64,000 nt of DNA from Bdellovibrionales bacterium (GTDB lineage: Bacteria > Bdellovibrionota > Bdellovibrionia > Bdellovibrionales > JAUICD01), in the NCBI GenBank assembly GCA_965262715.1, contig OZ253553.1, positions 768,001 to 832,000 on the forward strand, written 5' to 3'. The position numbers and the translations under genes were made by a program. The notes below the pieces were generated by a model. That model was not told the DNA's origin, did no database searches, and was given only the letters and a program-made list of their open reading frames with translations. Numbering within the stretch: position 1 is the stretch's first letter; every line of letters begins with the position of its first letter. Below are positions 10,312-21,385 of this stretch, piece after piece.

Positions 10312-10524
10312 GATTCTCCAAGGCAATAGGTAACAATTTTTATTATCAAAAATAGGTAATAGGGTTGTCCGGCATCAATGATTCTTTTATAAACTGTAAA
10401 TATTTATTCAAAGACTATAATTATTTTACAATTAAATATAGAACTTTTTCAAAGTTTATTGTTTAATTAAAGAGAGTAGTTTAAAAACAAGCTAGAGAGA
10501 AGTAGTTATAGATAAGAACCTTTT

Positions 10525-11430
10525 ATGAAATATTTATGGTTGTTTTTTATAAGTAATGTATTTGCGCTAAATGTCTTTGCTGATGATTTTTGTGATCCAT
10601 CTTGGGCAGCGAGTTTAACAAGAGATGAAGTACTAAGACTTATAGACCAAAAAGTTGATTTTGAACAGAAATGTGATGAAGTCTATACTCCTTTAGAGCT
10701 AATAAAGATATATAATTATGATGTGGAAGTTCATTTTACTTTAGAAGAGTATTTTGATTATATAATCCCCGATATTTTTAAACTAGAGCTGGCAAGCATA
10801 AACTTGCCAAAAGATTGTAGATTTTTTTCAACAGATAATTTAGGTAGGAACCTTTCTTGGGCTCACTTTCCAATTGTCTTATGGCTACAATCGAGTATGC
10901 CTGATAAATATATAGAATCTTTTCATACGGCAGCTCAGGTTTGGGAAGATAGATTTAATACAAATTTTTTTGATTTTCAAAGACTAAGGGAAAAATCTTT
11001 AGTAACTTCTTGGATATCCTCTCTGGCCTCCTTTTTTTCATTTGATTGGCCTATTGCAAGTGAAGAAGAAAGCGGTAAATCTATTATTTATTGGGATCAA
11101 AATTTGAATGAAGACAATAGTTACGTGTATGTAGCTAAAACCCATCATGATCATGTGGAATCTCGAATTATAAAATCTACTGTTCGTATCAATGCTACAC
11201 TTTATAGATATTACACAAATACAGATATTGCAAACGATAGAATTGGAGAGGATGATTACCATTTAGAAAGTATAATTATACACGAGCTTGGGCATGTTTT
11301 AGGTCTTGCTGATAATGATAGAGAAGATAGTATTATGGGCCCTTTCCAGCCAAAAGAAGAAATAGAAGAATTAGAAGAATTTGATTATAGAAATATATTA
11401 TGTGAATATGACTTTATTAGTGACTTATAA
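10525..11430 (+). CDS. Secreted matrixin-like (M10-type) metalloprotease
   Basis: Signal peptide ending VFA; AAQVWE; HELGHVLGLADND (third His replaced by Asp); SIMGP Met-turn. Confidence 0.8.
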   Translation: MKYLWLFFISNVFALNVFADDFCDPSWAASLTRDEVLRLIDQKVDFEQKCDEVYTPLELIKIYNYDVEVHFTLEEYFDYIIPDIFKLELASINLPKDCRFFSTDNLGRNLSWAHFPIVLWLQSSMPDKYIESFHTAAQVWEDRFNTNFFDFQRLREKSLVTSWISSLASFFSFDWPIASEEESGKSIIYWDQNLNEDNSYVYVAKTHHDHVESRIIKSTVRINATLYRYYTNTDIANDRIGEDDYHLESIIIHELGHVLGLADNDREDSIMGPFQPKEEIEELEEFDYRNILCEYDFISDL

Positions 11431-11638
11431 TTTTTTTTCAAAGTCTTTGGTGCTAATTTTCTGGAAATCTGACAAATGGGCAATTAAGTTTCTGGCAGAT
11501 GTTTTCGATTGCTAGTTTTGCCAGATCCCAGAAACATAAATATATCTCTTAATAATGAATGTGATTTATATGGTATAGTAAAACTTTAGTAGCAATTAAA
11601 AATTGACTGAGAATTCATTGTAATGAGAATATAGAGAA

Positions 11639-13558
11639 ATGAGTGACAGTCTTCTTAATTCTCAAGTTCCAAATGGAGATATAACAACTCTTTGGCAAGA
11701 TTATAAGTCCAAAATGAGTCTTGTTGCCCCTAATAATAAGCCTAAATACACAATTATTGTTGTGGGGACGGGACTTGCTGGAGCCTCTGCTGCTGCGTCA
11801 TTAGCGGAGCTTGGGTATCAAGTTAAATCTTTTTGCATTCAAGATAGTCCACGAAGAGCTCATTCCATTGCAGCTCAAGGGGGTATTAATGCTGCGAAGA
11901 ATTATCAAAATGATGGTGATAGTGTTTACCGTTTGTTTTATGACACGGTGAAAGGGGGAGATTTTCGCTCTCGTGAGGCCAATGTTTATAGGTTGTCAGA
12001 ACTTTCTGTGAATATTATTGATCAGGCTGTAGCTCAGGGAGTTCCTTTTGCCAGAGAATATGGAGGATATTTAGATAACCGTTCTTTTGGTGGGGCTCAA
12101 GTTAAACGCACATTCTATGCTCGTGGGCAAACGGGACAACAGCTTTTACTTGGAGCCTATTCTGCTTTATGTCGCCAAGTTGAAAAAGGTTGTATACAAC
12201 TCTTTCCACGTCATGAAATGTTGGACCTAGTCGTTGTAAAAAATAAGGCAAGAGGAATCATTACACGAAACTTGGTAACAGGTAAGCTTGAAAGTCATAA
12301 AGCTGATGCTGTTTTATTGGCTACAGGAGGTTATGGAAATGTCTTTTATCTTTCTACAAATGCAAAAGCTTCAAATGTGACAGCAGGCTTTCGTGCCTAT
12401 AAAAGGGGAGCATTTTTTGCAAATCCTTGTTTTACTCAGATCCACCCTACCTGTATTCCTGTTTCAGGAGATTACCAATCCAAGCTCACATTGATGTCAG
12501 AATCTCTACGTAATGATGGAAGAGTTTGGGTACCTAAAAAGCTAAATGACAACCGGAATCCAAAAAATATCCCTGAAAGTGAAAAAGATTATTATTTAGA
12601 GCGTCGTTATCCTAGCTTTGGCAACCTTGTTCCGCGTGATGTCGCTTCTCGTGCTGCTAAAAAGGCTTGTGACGAAGGTTTTGGGGTTGGATCTACAAAA
12701 CTGGCTGTTTATTTAGATTTTCAAAAAACCATTGAAGGGTTAGGTCGCGATGTTATTGCCAGTCGATATGGAAATCTATTCCACATGTATGAAAAAATCA
12801 CAGGTGATAACCCTTATGAAGTTCCAATGAGGATATATCCAGCTACTCATTACACAATGGGAGGATTGTGGGTTGATTATCATCTGATGACAACTCTATC
12901 TGGTCTTTTTGCATTAGGAGAATGCAATTTTTCAGATCATGGAGCGAATCGTTTAGGGGCATCAGCCCTTATGCAAGGTCTGGCAGATGGCTATTTTATC
13001 ATTCCTTATACCTTAGGTCATTATTTAGCCAACCATGATATAGAAGATGTATCTGTAAATGATGACGCATTTCAACAGGCTCAAAACAGTGTGAATGAAA
13101 AAATACAAAGATTATTAAAATTAAAAGGAAAACAAACAGTAGATGATTGTCACCGTAAGTTGGGACATATCATGTGGGATCATGTAGGCATGTCCAGAAG
13201 CAAAGAAGGTTTAGAGCAGGCACTCACTCAAATTGTAAGCCTTAAAGAAGAGTTTTGGAATGATATGTGTGTTGTTCCAAATAAGCAATGCAATGCTGAA
13301 TTGGAAAAAGCAGGTCGTCTTTTAGATTTTTTAGACTTAGGGCAGATGATGGCGCAAGATGCTTTGGATAGAGAAGAGTCTTGTGGAGGACATTTTAGAG
13401 AAGAATATCGGACAAAAGAGGGTGAAGCACTTAGAGATGATAAAAATTTTTCACATGTAGCTGCTTGGCAGTATCTGGGAGAAAATCAAAAAGCTAAGCG
13501 ACATAAAGAAGATCTGCAATTCTCTTATGTCAAATTAGCTCAAAGGAGTTATAAATAA
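11639..13558 (+). CDS. sdhA: Succinate dehydrogenase/fumarate reductase flavoprotein subunit
   Basis: [11 protein letters not shown] motif, [39 protein letters not shown]. Confidence 0.97.
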   Translation: MSDSLLNSQVPNGDITTLWQDYKSKMSLVAPNNKPKYTIIVVGTGLAGASAAASLAELGYQVKSFCIQDSPRRAHSIAAQGGINAAKNYQNDGDSVYRLFYDTVKGGDFRSREANVYRLSELSVNIIDQAVAQGVPFAREYGGYLDNRSFGGAQVKRTFYARGQTGQQLLLGAYSALCRQVEKGCIQLFPRHEMLDLVVVKNKARGIITRNLVTGKLESHKADAVLLATGGYGNVFYLSTNAKASNVTAGFRAYKRGAFFANPCFTQIHPTCIPVSGDYQSKLTLMSESLRNDGRVWVPKKLNDNRNPKNIPESEKDYYLERRYPSFGNLVPRDVASRAAKKACDEGFGVGSTKLAVYLDFQKTIEGLGRDVIASRYGNLFHMYEKITGDNPYEVPMRIYPATHYTMGGLWVDYHLMTTLSGLFALGECNFSDHGANRLGASALMQGLADGYFIIPYTLGHYLANHDIEDVSVNDDAFQQAQNSVNEKIQRLLKLKGKQTVDDCHRKLGHIMWDHVGMSRSKEGLEQALTQIVSLKEEFWNDMCVVPNKQCNAELEKAGRLLDFLDLGQMMAQDALDREESCGGHFREEYRTKEGEALRDDKNFSHVAAWQYLGENQKAKRHKEDLQFSYVKLAQRSYK

Positions 13559-13571
13559 TGCAGAGGCTGTT

Positions 13572-14327
13572 ATGACGCAAACATACAAACTGCACCTTAA
13601 AGTTTGGCGACAAAAAGGCCCTTTTTTTGAGGGGAAGCTTGTTGATTATGATTTAGATCATGTTAATCCTGATATGTCTTTTTTAGAAATGATGGATACA
13701 CTCAATGAAAAGCTTGTTAAAAAAGGTGAGGACCCCATTGCTTTTGATCATGATTGTAGAGAGGGTATATGTGGCACCTGTTCTATGACAATCAATGGGG
13801 ACCCTCATGGCCCCAAAAAAGGCACAACAGTTTGTCAACTCCATTTAAGACACTTTAAAGATGGAGATACTATTGTTGTTGAGCCTTTTAGAGCGAATGC
13901 TTTTCCTGTTATTAAAGACCTTATGTTGGATCGCTCTGCTCTTGATCGCCTTATGCAATCAGGAGGTTATATTTCTGTGTCAACAGGCAGTGCTCCTGAA
14001 GCTAACAGTATTCCCATCAGTAAACCATCTGTGGATAAAGCATTTGACTTTGCTACTTGTATTGGTTGTGGAGCTTGTGTGGCTGCCTGCAAAAATGCGT
14101 CAGCTATGTTGTTTGTGGGAGCCAAAGTGTCTCAATTAGAGCTCCTTCCACAAGGTACTGTTGAAAAAGACAAAAGAGCCTTAAATATGGTAACAGCTAT
14201 GGATAAAGAAGGCTTTGGAGCTTGTTCTAATACAGGGGCTTGCTCAGCTTCTTGTCCTAAAGAGATCACTTTAGAAGCTATTGCTAAACTGAATAGAGCT
14301 TACATGAGAGCTACATTAAAAAAGTAA
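13572..14327 (+). CDS. sdhB: Succinate dehydrogenase/fumarate reductase iron-sulfur subunit
   Basis: [20 protein letters not shown] and [12 protein letters not shown]e-S motifs; follows sdhA. Confidence 0.97.
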   Translation: MTQTYKLHLKVWRQKGPFFEGKLVDYDLDHVNPDMSFLEMMDTLNEKLVKKGEDPIAFDHDCREGICGTCSMTINGDPHGPKKGTTVCQLHLRHFKDGDTIVVEPFRANAFPVIKDLMLDRSALDRLMQSGGYISVSTGSAPEANSIPISKPSVDKAFDFATCIGCGACVAACKNASAMLFVGAKVSQLELLPQGTVEKDKRALNMVTAMDKEGFGACSNTGACSASCPKEITLEAIAKLNRAYMRATLKK

Positions 14328-14349
14328 TAGCTTTTTACTTCTTCGCCAT

Positions 14350-14373
14350 AAGTCTGGCAGCTAAGCCAGACTT
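14350..14373. terminator. Hairpin between convergent sdhB and the HTH gene, probable terminator
   Basis: AAGTCTGGC-agctaa-GCCAGACTT 9-bp stem. Confidence 0.6.
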
Positions 14374-14399
14374 TATCTGTGGCAAATTTTTAAAAAAGG

Positions 14400-14789
14400 T
14401 TATCTTTTTTTCTTTTTCTTTGTGATTTTCTTTTTAGGGGTATTTTTTGTAGCCTTTGATTTAGAAGTGGTCTTTTTAGATTTCTTTTTACTTGAGCCTT
14501 TCCTCTTAGATCTTATATTTAAATCGACTTCTAGTTGAAATGGATCTAAAAACTTCTGGAGTGTTGCTATTTTAGGAATGGCATCTTGAGATAACATTCT
14601 AGAAATATTAGGAGATTTAATTCCTGATATTTCTGAAAATTCTTTTGTTCCCATACAAGATATAGTATATTTAAGGGCTTCCATTACACTCTTACCTTTT
14701 TTGATAGCACCTAGGATATAAGTCTTAGAATAGTGGTTTTTTTTAAGCTTTTTTGATAATTTATCATCGAAAGTTTTTCTTCTGTACAT
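14400..14789 (-). CDS. XRE/antidote-like HTH protein with Lys-rich C-terminal tail
   Basis: GTKEFSEISGIKSPNISRML...PKIATLQKFL HTH; tail KKKSKKTTSKSKATKNTPKKKITKKKKKR; likely ATG at 14789 after AAGGAG. Confidence 0.65.
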   Translation of the reverse strand: MYRRKTFDDKLSKKLKKNHYSKTYILGAIKKGKSVMEALKYTISCMGTKEFSEISGIKSPNISRMLSQDAIPKIATLQKFLDPFQLEVDLNIRSKRKGSSKKKSKKTTSKSKATKNTPKKKITKKKKKR

Positions 14790-14959
14790 AATAATATCTC
14801 CTTTAAAAAATTGTAAAAATAATATAGAATGAAATACTAACCAGGGTGTCTTATTAGACAACATGTATATAATTAATAATAACTATAATAATGTCAAATA
14901 AAACGTCTTTACAAATAAATAATTTAAAATATAATTGAAGAGACAGGGGTACAATTATA

Positions 14960-17407
14960 ATGAATCATCTTCCTTTTAACATTCCTTATATTCCTGATGT
15001 TTTTTGTTGGTCTTTTATTGGGCTTGGCCTGATTTGTCTTTTAGTATTTGGATATAAAGGGCTTCCTCTTATTGTTTATGCTCTTTTTATCGTTTTTTAT
15101 CTATTTATGCTCCAAGCTCCTGTTTGGATTATTTCTATTGTTTCTTTTATTTTTTTAATCTTTTTAGTTAAGCCTGTGCGTACTTTGTTGATATCGAATT
15201 CTATTATGAAATTAATTCAACGCATCAATTTGGTGCCTCAAATATCTGCAACTGAAAGGGTAGCTGTTGAGGCAGGGACATTATGGATTGATAAGGATTT
15301 ATTTTCAGGAAAGCCAGATTATCAAAAATTGATGTCTGAGCCTTATCCAGAATTGACTCAACAAGAAAAGGGGTTTGTTGATGGCCCTGTTGAAGAGCTA
15401 TGCCACATCATTCATAATTTTGACATTATGAATAAAAGGAGAATCCCTCAAGAGATTTGGGATTACATTAAAAAAGAAAAATTTTTTGGAATGATCATCC
15501 CTAAAGAATATGGAGGCTTGGGTTTTTCAGCTCTTGCCCATAGTGCTGTCATTTCAAAGCTAAATTCTCGTAGCTCTACTGTTGCTGTCACTGTTATGGT
15601 TCCTAACTCCCTTGGGCCGGCTGAGTTATTAATGCATTATGGTACAGAAGAGCAAAAAAAATACTATTTACCTAGATTAGCAGATGGCAGAGAGATACCT
15701 TGTTTTGCTCTTACAGAGCCTGAGGCTGGAAGTGATGCTGGTTCTATTCAAGCATCTGGAGTGGTGTTTAAGGGTGAAGATGATAAACTTTATATACGTT
15801 TGAATTGGAATAAACGTTGGATCACACTAGCTGCTATTTCTACAGTCATGGGAATGGCTTTTCGACTTAAAGATCCTGATCATTTACTTGGTGGTAAAGA
15901 AGATATAGGTATTACTTGCGCGCTAGTTCCATCTCAAACTAAAGGGGTTGTTTTAGGTGAGCGTCATAATCCTATGTTTGTACCTTTTTATAATTGCCCT
16001 ACACAAGGGAAAGATGTGATTGTTCCTATTGATGCTATTATTGGAGGTCAAAAGCAGGCAGGGCATGGTTGGCGTATGTTAATGGAGAGCCTTGGTGCTG
16101 GTAGAGGTATATCTTTACCTTCGCAGTTATGCGGAGGCAGCAAGATGACCTCAAGAGTTGTAAGCAGTCATGCTGTAATTCGCAAGCAGTTTGGATGTTC
16201 CATTGGCAAATTTGAAGGTGTTAAAGAACATCTTGCTAAGATAGCAGCCAAAACTTATATGATTGACGCAATGAGGGTTTACACCTTAGGGGCTTTGGAC
16301 AGTGGGATTAAACCACCTATCATCACTGCTATTGCTAAATACCAAACTACTGAAATTGGCCGGGATATCATGAATAATGTTATGGATATTATGGGTGGTG
16401 CTGGACTTTCCTTAGGACCACGTAATTTGGTGGCTCCTCTTTATATGACCACTCCTATTGGTATTACAGTGGAGGGGGCTAATATTTTGACCCGAACACT
16501 TATGATTTTTGGTCAAGGAGCTATGAGAGCTCACCCTTATGCTTTTCAAGAGATAAATGCTTTAGAAAATAACAATGTTAAAGATTTTGATAAGGCTTTT
16601 TGGAGTCATGTTGGGCATGTTTTTTCTAATTTATGCAGGAGCATTGGCTTAAGTTTAAGTCGTGGACTTTTATCTAAACCTTATGGTGATCGTCATACAA
16701 AGAGATATTTTAGAAAACTTTCGTGGATTTCAGCTTCCTTTGCATTAATGACAGATGTTGTGATGGCTCTTTTTGGTGGAGCACTTAAAAAACGAGAGAT
16801 GTTAACAGGACGATTTGCTGATATTTTATCACATATGTATATGGCAACATCTGTTTTAAGACGTTATGAAGCAGAAGGTCGCAGAAAAGAGGACTTACCT
16901 TTCGTCCATTACTCGATGAAGTATTGCTTAAATGAAACACAAAAAGCTTTTGATGGTATTTTTTGTAATATAGAGGTTAAGGGGTTAACTTGGATATTTA
17001 AATTTTTTTTACGCATTTGGTCAGACATCAATACATTAGCAGAAAGTATCAGTGACACTCTAGTTTACAAAACTTCTAAGGCTTTTTTAACAGATGGTCC
17101 AGCTCGCAACAACCTAACCAGTGGTATTTACCTTCCTGATGATAGAACACAGCATATAGCTCGTTTAGAGCATGCTTTTCAGGTGATTTCACGTTCAGAA
17201 AAATCAGAGCGTAAGATAAGAGATGCTATTAGGAAGAAGGAACTACCTAAAAAGAAAGTCCGTTTTGTTATTGATGAGGCTCTTTCTAAAAACATTATTT
17301 CTCAAAAAGAATACGATGAGCTTAAAGAAAGCGCAGAGTTAAGACTTGATGCTATACAAGTAGATTCCTTCACTCAGGAAGAATACCTCAATCCTTGGAC
17401 TTCATAA
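14960..17407 (+). CDS. fadE: Acyl-CoA dehydrogenase FadE (long membrane-anchored type)
   Basis: 815 aa, N-terminal TM segments, MVPNSLGPAELL, CFALTEPEAGSD, RKQFG, ITVEGANILTR. Confidence 0.93.
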   Translation: MNHLPFNIPYIPDVFCWSFIGLGLICLLVFGYKGLPLIVYALFIVFYLFMLQAPVWIISIVSFIFLIFLVKPVRTLLISNSIMKLIQRINLVPQISATERVAVEAGTLWIDKDLFSGKPDYQKLMSEPYPELTQQEKGFVDGPVEELCHIIHNFDIMNKRRIPQEIWDYIKKEKFFGMIIPKEYGGLGFSALAHSAVISKLNSRSSTVAVTVMVPNSLGPAELLMHYGTEEQKKYYLPRLADGREIPCFALTEPEAGSDAGSIQASGVVFKGEDDKLYIRLNWNKRWITLAAISTVMGMAFRLKDPDHLLGGKEDIGITCALVPSQTKGVVLGERHNPMFVPFYNCPTQGKDVIVPIDAIIGGQKQAGHGWRMLMESLGAGRGISLPSQLCGGSKMTSRVVSSHAVIRKQFGCSIGKFEGVKEHLAKIAAKTYMIDAMRVYTLGALDSGIKPPIITAIAKYQTTEIGRDIMNNVMDIMGGAGLSLGPRNLVAPLYMTTPIGITVEGANILTRTLMIFGQGAMRAHPYAFQEINALENNNVKDFDKAFWSHVGHVFSNLCRSIGLSLSRGLLSKPYGDRHTKRYFRKLSWISASFALMTDVVMALFGGALKKREMLTGRFADILSHMYMATSVLRRYEAEGRRKEDLPFVHYSMKYCLNETQKAFDGIFCNIEVKGLTWIFKFFLRIWSDINTLAESISDTLVYKTSKAFLTDGPARNNLTSGIYLPDDRTQHIARLEHAFQVISRSEKSERKIRDAIRKKELPKKKVRFVIDEALSKNIISQKEYDELKESAELRLDAIQVDSFTQEEYLNPWTS

Positions 17408-17508
17408 CCTTTATCTCCTTTTTAAAAATAAACAAGATTTAAGAGTCGGCTTTTTATTGAAAAGATATCTTCTGTAGTGTAAAAATCTTCATGCTAAGTG
17501 TTATAGAT

Positions 17509-17679
17509 GGAGATTTCAGCAAGCTTCTTTCAAAGGCGACAGGCAACCCCTGCGCATCACATAATGTAAAGATGAAATATTATTTGGTAGAATGAAATAT
17601 TTCTTAGAACTTTAACTTTTTAAATGCGCTGGCCTGAGGTGGCTCGCCACAACCAAATCAAAAGCCTGCTGAAATCTCC
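17509..17679. repeat. Family D hairpin-bounded repeat
   Basis: GGAGATTTCAGCAAGCTT ... AAGCCTGCTGAAATCTCC terminal inverted repeat; internal CAGGCAACCCCTGCGC shared with copies at 25423 and 62992. Confidence 0.65.
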
Positions 17680-17756
17680 TAATTACTAGGTAGGTTGATT
17701 TATATAACAAAGTGATTTCAATATATTATCTCGAAATGGCAACAGCCTTTAATTTT

Positions 17757-18703
17757 TTAAAAATTTGTGGAATTTAAGCAGGCATGCGTTAATCCACTCT
17801 CTACATATTCTTGATGTGCTGATCCTCTAAGAACAATCCCATTACCTTCTTGCTCCAGTATCAATCCGATGGCAAAGTTGTCTCGTTCTTGACTGATTGT
17901 ATCCAATTCATTTTCTAAATTAACAAAACCTCTAAGTTTTTCTATAGCTTCTAGGTCCTCTATTCTCTGTGTTTTAAGAAATTCTTCAAAATCTTGAGGT
18001 GCAATTAAAGCAGTAGGATCTTTTTCATTATGAGTGGAGATAAAAAGATGAAATTCATCGATTTGTTCAGGTGTAAGATTCATATTATTATTGGAAATGA
18101 TATCTGTATATTCTCTCATGAGGTTTGTTGTTATTTCATTTGCTTCCAAATACAAATCCCTGTCTTCTAAGGGAACAATTCTCGTCCCACCTATTCCATT
18201 AAGGACAACATCAGGTTGTTCTACTAAAAGTTTTATTGAAATAGGATAGAGAAGATATAACAAGTCATCAGCATTTTCTTGACTCCAAAGATGTGGGACG
18301 ACATTGTGGAATGTATTAAATATTTCTTTACTTGTTTTATATTCCTCGACTTTTCCTTCAAAATCGGTTTCAGGAGGATATTCAATGCCTACCCAATCTA
18401 TTTTTTTAGATCTTAATAATGAGGTGATTTGTTGAAATTCAGATTTTTCTGAGTTGATCCTATCAGTGTAGTCATCAAGAAGCTGACTCCATGTGGTGAG
18501 TACTTCAGTTATATTAGCGCCATTGAGAACGGAAAGAAAGGTACGTACTTCTTCTTTATCTAAGTGGGGGCAAATAGGGTATAAATTTGTCTGTCATTGA
18601 TATTAGCCACTCTGATATCTCTAGAATAGGGATGAAAATAACAACTAAAAGCGTTGCTTGTAAAAAAGGTAAAGGTAAAGAACATAATATAAAAGTTTTT
18701 CAT
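17757..18703 (-). pseudogene. Secreted TIKI/TraB-like paralog 1, frameshifted
   Basis: ATG at 18703 (MKNFYIMFFTFTFFTSNAFSC) reads to LFAPT-stop. One extra C in the C5 run (G5 at 18566-18570 on +) restores APHL and joins the frame containing IDWVGIE and ORF 17757..18263. Confidence 0.8.
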
Positions 18704-18814
18704 ACAAATACCTTTATAAAGGTTTCTAAATCCTTTAGAATAATTGATTTATCTATTACACCTTTTAGAACTTGTAAATAGTAAAATTAAGGTTTTTATA
18801 GAAAAAATGTTTTT

Positions 18815-19813
18815 TTATAAGTCTCTAGAATCTAAGCAGACCTGTGTTAATCCACTTTCTATATTCTGCTGATGTGCTAATCCTCTAAGAACAAGCCCAT
18901 TACCTTCTTGCTTTAATATTTCTTGCACAACAAATTCATCTCGCTTCTGATCCATTGCAATAGTTTCTAAATTCAATTCATTTTCAAAATCAACAAGATC
19001 TGTGAGTTCTTTTCTGACCTCTGGGTTTTCTATCTTATTGATTGTAAGAAATTTTTCAAGCTCTTGAAGATCAATTAAAGCAGGGGTACCTTTTTCATCA
19101 TAAAAAGTATTAATAAGATTCTCAAAAGCAGATATTTGTTCATGTGTCATGTTTATATTTTTGTTTTTGTTTATACTAATTCTTTCTTCAGCTCGTCTTG
19201 CATGTAACTCAGATAACTCGAATGTTGCCTTATACAAAGCTTCATTTTCTAAAGGAATAACTCTTATTTTATCTGTATCCGTTATATCTAAGGTAATATC
19301 ATTTGGATATTCTGCTAGAAGTTTTACCTCAACAGGAAAAAGGCGATAGAGAAAATCATGACTGTTTTCTTGAGTCCAAAGGCCTGGAATATTATTCGAA
19401 ATTGCTTTTTTAGTTTCTCTATAAGATTCTATTTGTTGTTCAATTATCTGCATATCGGAAGGAGATTCAACTCCTATCCATTCTATTTCTTGAGAAGTTA
19501 ATAAGCGACTTATTTGTCGAAAATCAGATTTTTCAAAGTTAATCGTATCAGCATGCTCAATAAGGAATTGATGCACTAAAGCCAGCTTCTCACGCTGGTG
19601 AATGTCTGAAATTGAAATATTATAAAGGGTATTGTAAATGGATTGACCTCCATCGCTGAGATCTAAATGAAAGGTGAATAAAGTATAGATCTGTCTGCCA
19701 TTGATATCAGCCACTCTGATATCTCCAGAGTATGGACGGAACCAGCAGTGATAACCAAAAGCATTACTTGTAAAAAATATAAAAGTGAGGAATATAATAT
19801 AAAGATTTTTTAT
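18815..19813 (-). CDS. Secreted TIKI/TraB-like paralog 2 (ancestral start codon reads ATA)
   Basis: Frame extends upstream of the track's GTG (19714) through the signal peptide (I)KNLYIIFLTFIFFTSNAFGYHCWFRPYSGD to ATA at 19813, behind GGAGG; motifs FTFHL, WIGVE, IPLE, KRD, VLRGLAH. Confidence 0.75.
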   Translation of the reverse strand: MKNLYIIFLTFIFFTSNAFGYHCWFRPYSGDIRVADINGRQIYTLFTFHLDLSDGGQSIYNTLYNISISDIHQREKLALVHQFLIEHADTINFEKSDFRQISRLLTSQEIEWIGVESPSDMQIIEQQIESYRETKKAISNNIPGLWTQENSHDFLYRLFPVEVKLLAEYPNDITLDITDTDKIRVIPLENEALYKATFELSELHARRAEERISINKNKNINMTHEQISAFENLINTFYDEKGTPALIDLQELEKFLTINKIENPEVRKELTDLVDFENELNLETIAMDQKRDEFVVQEILKQEGNGLVLRGLAHQQNIESGLTQVCLDSRDL

Positions 19814-20011
19814 ACTAAAAGTACCTCCAAAAAATGTCTAAGTTCCTTAAAATAATAGAGGTATGTCTACTATATCTCTTAGGTATTGTCAATACAAATA
19901 TAATGAAATAATTTACAAGCTCCAAACAAACAGATTGCCAGATTTCCGGTCTCCCGGGATCCCGGAATACCGGAAGATGGCTAGATCTAGATAATGTAAC
20001 TTAAGATAAAT

Positions 20012-21335
20012 GGTGGATTCAAGTTGTAAGTGCAACTCCTTGCATAGTTGTTTAAAGCGGGTTAGAGGAATACTCTAGTCCATACGCTTTAAACACAGAA
20101 AGGAGTATTCCATGAGCTACACTCATCTAACCCAAGTTGAGAGATACCAGATTTTAGTTCTTTTGCAAAGTGGAAAATCAATAAGTTCAATTGCTACTCA
20201 GCTAGGTCGAGATAAAAGCACCATATATAGGGAATTGAATCGTAACAAAGGTTTGCGAGGTTATCGCCATCAACAAGCCCATGAAAAAGCGGTTTATCGT
20301 CTTCAAAACTCTCATAGACATATAAAGATAACACAAAAAGTCATTAATAAGCTTGAGAGGTTTCTTCGTGATCGTTTGAGTCCGGAACAGATATCCGGTT
20401 TTCTTAAACGAAAAGGTTTGTCTATAAGTCATGAGAGTATTTATCAGCATATTCTTGGAGATAAGCAATCAGGAGGAGATCTCTACAAATTTTTAAGATG
20501 TCAGAGGCAACGGAAGAAGCGATATGGTACAAGTAGATTTGATAAAAGGGGTCAGATAAAGAATAGAGTGAGCATTGATAAAAGGCCTAAGATAGTAGAT
20601 AAGAAGAGTCGGATAGGAGACTGGGAAGGTGATCTAATGATAGGTAGACATCATAAAGGAGCTTTAGTCACGCTGGTAGATAGATGCTCTAAGAAGACGA
20701 GGATCGTCAAAATAGAATCTAAGAGATCTGAAGCCGTTTTTCATGCTATTTCTAAAGCTCTTAAAGGAGAGATTGTTCATACGATCACATTAGACAATGG
20801 TAAAGAGCTTTCGTGTCATGAGAAGATCAGTGAATATACCGGATGTAAAGTTTATTTTGCACATCCTTACAATTCTTATGAGTGAGGTTTAAATGAGAAC
20901 ACAAATGGTTTAATCCGTCAGTATTTTCCAAAGAAGACAGATTTCAGAAAGATCACTCAAAAGGATGTAAAAAGAGTTGAAGTTCTTTTAAACCATCGTC
21001 CTCGAAAGAGTTTAGGATTTCTAAGTCCTAATGAGTTTCATAGACAGAAGATGGTTTGCTGAAGTCATTATTAATTCAATGTTATTTAATCCTATATAAC
21101 AGTTTTTAGTAAGTAAAGCTTGATGTTTATGGCAAAGGATCGTTCTTCCGCAGAGCTTTAGCTCGAGGACTACGAGACTTTGCCATAAATATCAAAATAC
21201 ATTCATTCAAATTAAATAATTTACAATAATCTTTTATGATAATTAAAACTTTGTTGGAATATTAATCCTAAAATGATACAACTTTTAAAAATATCTATAA
21301 ACACAAAAGAGTTGCACTTACGATTTGAAGTTACA
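20012..21335 (+). mobile_element. IS30-family insertion sequence
   Basis: 27-bp imperfect IRs GGTGGATTCAAGTTGTAAGTGCAACTC (20012-20038) and GAGTTGCACTTACGATTTGAAGTTACA (21309-21335); AAT on both flanks. Confidence 0.9.
20112..21062 (+). pseudogene. IS30 transposase with in-frame nonsense codon
   Basis: YTHLT..ERY HTH, GDWEGD, TLDNGKE; TGA at 20883-20885 in PYNSYE*GLNENTNGLIRQYFPK, where Arg is usual, so the catalytic Glu lies beyond the stop. Confidence 0.9.
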
Positions 21336-21385
21336 AATGAATAAACAATAGACTTCTTAAAATTATAAAGATTACGTAGGATGAA

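Noticed and set aside
8990..11638. Integron cassette array
   Set aside because: No integron integrase and no convincing attC (RYYYAAC...GTTRRRY) sites; the flanking elements belong to dispersed family C
5378..20885. Alternative genetic code (TGA read as an amino acid), suggested by two in-frame TGAs
   Set aside because: The two sites imply different residues (Trp in TIGR01777, Arg in IS30), TGG is used for Trp throughout, and TGA ends several normal genes; these are better explained as point mutations
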